64,000 nucleotides of DNA from Candidatus Sumerlaeaceae bacterium (GTDB lineage: Bacteria > Sumerlaeota > Sumerlaeia > Sumerlaeales > Sumerlaeaceae): assembly GCA_049968255.1 (NCBI GenBank), contig JBMFRB010000003.1, forward strand, positions 96,001-160,000, given 5' to 3'. The notes beneath the pieces are model-generated. The model ran no database searches, was not told where the DNA came from, and saw nothing but the letters and a program-made list of their open reading frames with translations. Shown in pieces: positions 59,953 to 64,000 of the stretch (within the stretch, counting starts at the first letter, position 1; every line of letters begins with the position of its first letter). Made by a program: the position numbers and the translations under genes.

Positions 59953-61719
59953 TCACAATCGCCGCGGGCGGTCGCGCCGAGGTGCAATGGTGCGAACGGT
60001 CTGTTTGCTGTGGATTTGCCGTGCGAGCGCAACTGCGCCTGCCAAGGCATCCAGTGCGTCATCATGTTTCCCATGGGGAAATGTCCGCGCCTCTTCATAG
60101 AGTTCTTCTGGTAAACCACGCGCGAAACGGATCCATCCCGCAGACACAAGCGGCTCGAGCGAGGCAATGCGTGTGGCCTTGGGGACGACCGCCGACACCG
60201 CGAGCAGTTTGGGCTGGCTGTGGTCAACCTCGCACGTATGGGCGTTCTGGGCGACAAACGCCTCTTCGAGAATGCGCTGAAACCCCACAGCCTCGTAACC
60301 GAACGTATGATAATGCCACCGGCGATGGAGCTCGCGAATGCGCTGAAGTTGTGCCGCCGGTGGCACGCGCCCCAACCATAGATCGAGCACGTAAAGCACC
60401 GCCGTGGCTGGGGACTTGCCAACGGTGGCAATCGCTGCCCAGTCGCCTTTGCCTAGCGATGGATCAAGGAATCCGACAATGATCAGGTCCGAAAGACTGA
60501 ACCTTGCCGGTGGCGCAGCTCCGATGTTGCCGAAATTTTGGGCGCGGTGATGAGCTGCCTGCAACTCTTCGCTGAAAGCCCCAGACTTTACCTGCTCCCA
60601 ATCGAAGGTCTTGCTCGGCTGCTGCGCGGCCAGTGCCGATTTCTCTTTATTCCGGACCGTGGCGCGATGAGTTGACGACGAAATTCCCAAGCTTGCCGTG
60701 CGGGCAGGTGGATCTTGTCGAATCATGCCGTCGAGACCCAATGTGAAGTGATGCCATTCTTCTGGGACAAAGAATGTTCCCTCCCCAGGCGGAGGTAGGT
60801 TCTGCTTCTCCTTGTAGAACGCGGGTCGCCCCATCGCCACGAGTTGTTCGACAAGCTCCAAGTAAGATTCTTTCTCCGGCCAAAGCACGCGTGTGCCAGC
60901 CAGCATGGTCTCTTCGTGAGCGTGAAAGAATTTGCGGCCGCGAGCAAGGCGATCACCACGCTCTGGGTCCGTGACAATTTCCCTCCATTGTTGCCACAGG
61001 GTGGTCTCGGTGGCCCACTGCTCTACGGCTCGGTAGACCCGCACGTCGAAATGTGGCATGCGGGCCAGCTGGGCGAGGAGTCCCTGGCAATGCAGGAGAG
61101 TTCCGACTACCTCGATGTGTGTGGCTGGCTCGCCGAGCGGCTCGATGACTTCGCGATACCAAGCCGCGAGCGCGTCGCGGTAAGCGGCGCAATGCACTCG
61201 GTCGGATTCCTCCACGTCGTCGAGAATGATCTTTGTCGGGCGTGTCGCGCAGTGGCCAATCCCGCGCAGCTCGCATCCTGCACCAAAGGCACTAATACGG
61301 GTCGCGCCGGCAACAAGCGTGCGCGCACTGCATTCGCTCGAGCGCGCTGCATGTGGAAACAGCGTGCGCAGCAGTTCGTTCGTAAGTAACTCGTGTCGAA
61401 TAGCCCGCAAGCGGCCGATAGCTTGGGTCATCGTCGCGCTGATGAGCACAATGAACCGCTCGCGCCCAAAACAAAGATCGAGCAGCGGCAGCAGCGTCGA
61501 GTGAATCGCCGATTTGGCATGGCCGCGCGGCGCAACTAACACCAGGCGCTTACCCTTGCGCGACGGCCACGCTTGTCCCGCAGTGAGTGCGTCGTAGCGG
61601 GCGAGACTCTCGCGATGCATGCGCGAGAAGGGTAATCGACACCAGTGCGGAAAAAGGAACTGCAAAGCCAGCGCCGAGCTGCACCGAAGCGAATCTCGTA
61701 AGCAGTCAAGATCAAGCAT
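59953..61719 (-). CDS. Phage terminase large subunit-like protein (orphan)
   Basis: Walker A APRGHAKS, LRG..RP.KIILDDVE Walker B, VGT coupling motif, nuclease FLDPS..D..YE and FPHGKHDDALDAL. Start is 61719 or 61764. Confidence 0.88.
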   Translation of the reverse strand: MLDLDCLRDSLRCSSALALQFLFPHWCRLPFSRMHRESLARYDALTAGQAWPSRKGKRLVLVAPRGHAKSAIHSTLLPLLDLCFGRERFIVLISATMTQAIGRLRAIRHELLTNELLRTLFPHAARSSECSARTLVAGATRISAFGAGCELRGIGHCATRPTKIILDDVEESDRVHCAAYRDALAAWYREVIEPLGEPATHIEVVGTLLHCQGLLAQLARMPHFDVRVYRAVEQWATETTLWQQWREIVTDPERGDRLARGRKFFHAHEETMLAGTRVLWPEKESYLELVEQLVAMGRPAFYKEKQNLPPPGEGTFFVPEEWHHFTLGLDGMIRQDPPARTASLGISSSTHRATVRNKEKSALAAQQPSKTFDWEQVKSGAFSEELQAAHHRAQNFGNIGAAPPARFSLSDLIIVGFLDPSLGKGDWAAIATVGKSPATAVLYVLDLWLGRVPPAAQLQRIRELHRRWHYHTFGYEAVGFQRILEEAFVAQNAHTCEVDHSQPKLLAVSAVVPKATRIASLEPLVSAGWIRFARGLPEELYEEARTFPHGKHDDALDALAGAVALARQIHSKQTVRTIAPRRDRPRRL

Positions 61720-61863
61720 AGGGAGTTTGGTGATCTGATATGCAGTCCGGCTGCACCCTTGCACTCATCACAAAAGACGAAGCTTGAGGACAGGCCGGTT
61801 GCGATCGGTTCATCCATGCCACAATTGCACACCGAGGTTCGCCTGATACAGAACTTCCGTTCT

Positions 61864-62001
61864 TCAGCATCGAATTTCCAGACGAACCATTGTCTCGCCC
61901 GCGTCACTCTCCGACTGTGCAATGCAGCCCCGCTCGCTCTTTACCGGAGTGTAGCGAGCCAGGCCAATCCCTCGTGCACAATCGCCTAGGCGTGGTCGCA
62001 T
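61864..62001 (-). CDS. Possible 45-aa small protein upstream of the terminase
   Basis: GGAGGTGATC directly before ATG. No recognisable motif. Confidence 0.3.
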   Translation of the reverse strand: MRPRLGDCARGIGLARYTPVKSERGCIAQSESDAGETMVRLEIRC

Positions 62002-63247
62002 GATCACCTCCGAGGGCTTTGATTCCCTAAGCGACGTATGACCATACACTAGCAACGGGTTCCCGAGCACGCACTTCCCTTGCCGGCGCCTAAGGACCAT
62101 GGAGGTGTTCCTTTTACCCGTCAGCTTTGCCAAGCCGGCAACCACGTTTCCTTCTTTGCGGTTGGCGGCCTCATGACATTCCGAGAAAAGGCCTAGCGTT
62201 CCCGACACTGCTCAGTATTCCGGAACATTCGCGCTTTACTTATAGGGGACCCATTGTTGAAAGGTATGTGTCGCATTGTTTCTAGGTCGTTCACCTTTTT
62301 AGCCGACAGGCAGAGGCTTTGTCTTTGCCCCCCAGTCCGACCGCTGCCATGCGCAAAGCATGACTTAAGAGAAACACCCGGCGAGGATGCTACCTGTCGA
62401 GGTGCACCGGATTGTGCCCGGCATGGTGGTGCGACCCGGACTTCTTCTCTTTCCCAAGGCTTGCTATTTGTCCTTGAGCGGTGAAGGCGGACTACTTCAC
62501 GTTGGGGCGTCTTATGACGAAAAGACGGAAGCTCGATGAAAAGGATGCACGCGCGGCCACTAGGCCCCAGGCTCTGCTCTCGCCAGAAGCCTTGACGCCA
62601 TTGTTGTGCCGCGAAAACTCTCCTGACGTTTCGAAAGACTTGAATGGGAAACAGGACGGGCAGCGTCGCAGCAAAGACATTTGCGGCCGTTCTCCCGAGA
62701 TCGTTTCAGGAGCCCCAGCGGACGAGAGCGCAAACGCTGGGCCTAATGTGGCAAACACGGGGCGGCTTGCGAAGAAACAAAAATTCTTGAAGCTGAATGT
62801 GGGGCTGCTCGCCGCCGTCGGCAATGATGTTGACGCTGATCTGCCGGGCGCAGCGCAGCGAATGCGTTTGAGACAACCGTGGAGCCTGGTGCAGCCTGAA
62901 AGCGCGCTGCTGGTTTCCGCTGTTCGGCGCACAGGACAAAAACGCTCAAGCACGCTGCTAGCTTACGCCTCTTGGATTCCTCTTTCGATACGGCGTTTGG
63001 TGGACCTGGGCGCGCATTGGTCCCTTCACTGGCGGAGCATCAACACTCTTGCGTGTCGCCCTGCCCGCGAGTGTGGCCGGGAGCGGTTTCGCCCACGATG
63101 GCATACATTCATCGTTTTCCAAAGTAGTAAGCCAGACTTGTTGCGAATGGTATTCTCTCTGGTTTTCTCTAGCTCAGGCCGCGTGGGGTACGAGTTTCTC
63201 ACGCTCCGAGCTGCCATTGTCCATAATCTCGTTGGCGGAGGTCTTTC

Positions 63248-64000
63248 ATGACTGGACATATGCGCATTCTCTTGATTGGCGATATCATGGGGCGGCCCGG
63301 CCGTCAAATTGTCACGCGCCTCGTTCCACGGTGGCGGAGCGAGGGACGCGTGGATTTTGTCTTGGCCAATGTGGAGAACTGCGCGGGCGGCAAGGGCGTG
63401 ACCGCCTCCACCGTGCGCGAAATCCTGGATGCCGGCGTGGACATTGCCACCACGGGCAACCATGTGTGGGATAACAAGGACGTTTTCAATTTTATCGATT
63501 CTGAGCCGCGAATGTTGCGTCCTGCAAACTATCCGCCCTGGGCCGAAGTGCCGGGCCGTGGTTACACCATCGTCGAAAGCGAGGCCGGGCTAGCAGTCGG
63601 CATCATCAATCTGCAGGGACGCGTATTCATGGAGCCGCTGGAATGTCCCTTCCACATGGCCGAGACGCTTGTGGCAGAGTTGCGCCAACGCACACAGATT
63701 CTTCTAGTAGATTTTCATGCCGAGGCCACTAGCGAAAAGCAGGCCATGGGCTGGCACCTCGATGGGCAAGTGAGTGCCGTCTTTGGCACACACACCCACG
63801 TACAGACCGCCGACGAACGCCTGCTGCCACAAGGCACCGCCTACATCACGGACCTCGGGATGACGGGGGCACAGGACAGCGTCATCGGCATGAAGCCCGA
63901 GGAAGTGCTCGTGCGATTTCGGCGCGCGCTGCCCGCGCGTTTCGAAGTGGCGGAGAAAAACATGCAAATGTGCGGGGCGATCGTGACCGTGGACAAGAAT
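63248..64000 (+). CDS. ymdB: YmdB-family metallophosphoesterase (TIGR00282-like), 3' truncated by window edge
   Basis: Translated manually: MRILLIGDIMGRPG, NVENCAGGKG, TTGNHVWD, RPANYP, DFHAEATSEK, GTHTHVQTAD and TDLGMTG. GGAGG RBS upstream. Confidence 0.95.
   Translation, partial: MTGHMRILLIGDIMGRPGRQIVTRLVPRWRSEGRVDFVLANVENCAGGKGVTASTVREILDAGVDIATTGNHVWDNKDVFNFIDSEPRMLRPANYPPWAEVPGRGYTIVESEAGLAVGIINLQGRVFMEPLECPFHMAETLVAELRQRTQILLVDFHAEATSEKQAMGWHLDGQVSAVFGTHTHVQTADERLLPQGTAYITDLGMTGAQDSVIGMKPEEVLVRFRRALPARFEVAEKNMQMCGAIVTVDKN

Noticed and set aside
62481-63251. 256-aa + strand ORF upstream of ymdB
   Set aside because: No recognisable motif, atypical composition and no clear RBS; not rny. 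Left unannotated.
1-64000. CRISPR arrays, rRNA, IS elements, group II introns, complete prophage
   Set aside because: No spaced direct repeats, transposase/RT/integrase ORFs or phage structural genes were seen by eye; short or degenerate elements could have been missed.

Overview
Chromosomal window from a GC-rich diderm bacterium. The gene set and a C-terminal motif on the large amylase are reminiscent of Candidatus Sumerlaeota/BRC1, but that is recollection and was not verified. Most of it is housekeeping or metabolic: uvrB, mutS2, dnaJ, ddl, hemB, a holA-like gene, gltD, leuCD, a manC-like gene, ymdB and one tRNA with a CAT anticodon (probably Ile2). Accessory modules are a Tat-signal DUF362/polyferredoxin/aldo-keto reductase cluster behind a candidate structured RNA; a more AT-rich cusCBA-type Cu/Ag efflux operon with three lesions (TGA at the lipobox Cys codon, an A9 frameshift, a C5 frameshift); a four-gene c-di-GMP phosphorelay; a putative sigma54-driven Hsp20 pair in which one member has a signal peptide; two GT4 glycosyltransferases; a 1446-aa secreted GH13 enzyme; a small secreted 4-Cys cationic peptide behind a consensus sigma54 promoter; and an intact orphan phage terminase next to a DUF1257-like gene. 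I saw no CRISPR array, rRNA, integrase or transposase. The best leads for undescribed biology are the orphan terminase locus, the exported sHSP operon, the sigma54 cysteine peptide and the candidate C-terminal sorting motif. All are hypotheses from sequence reading alone.
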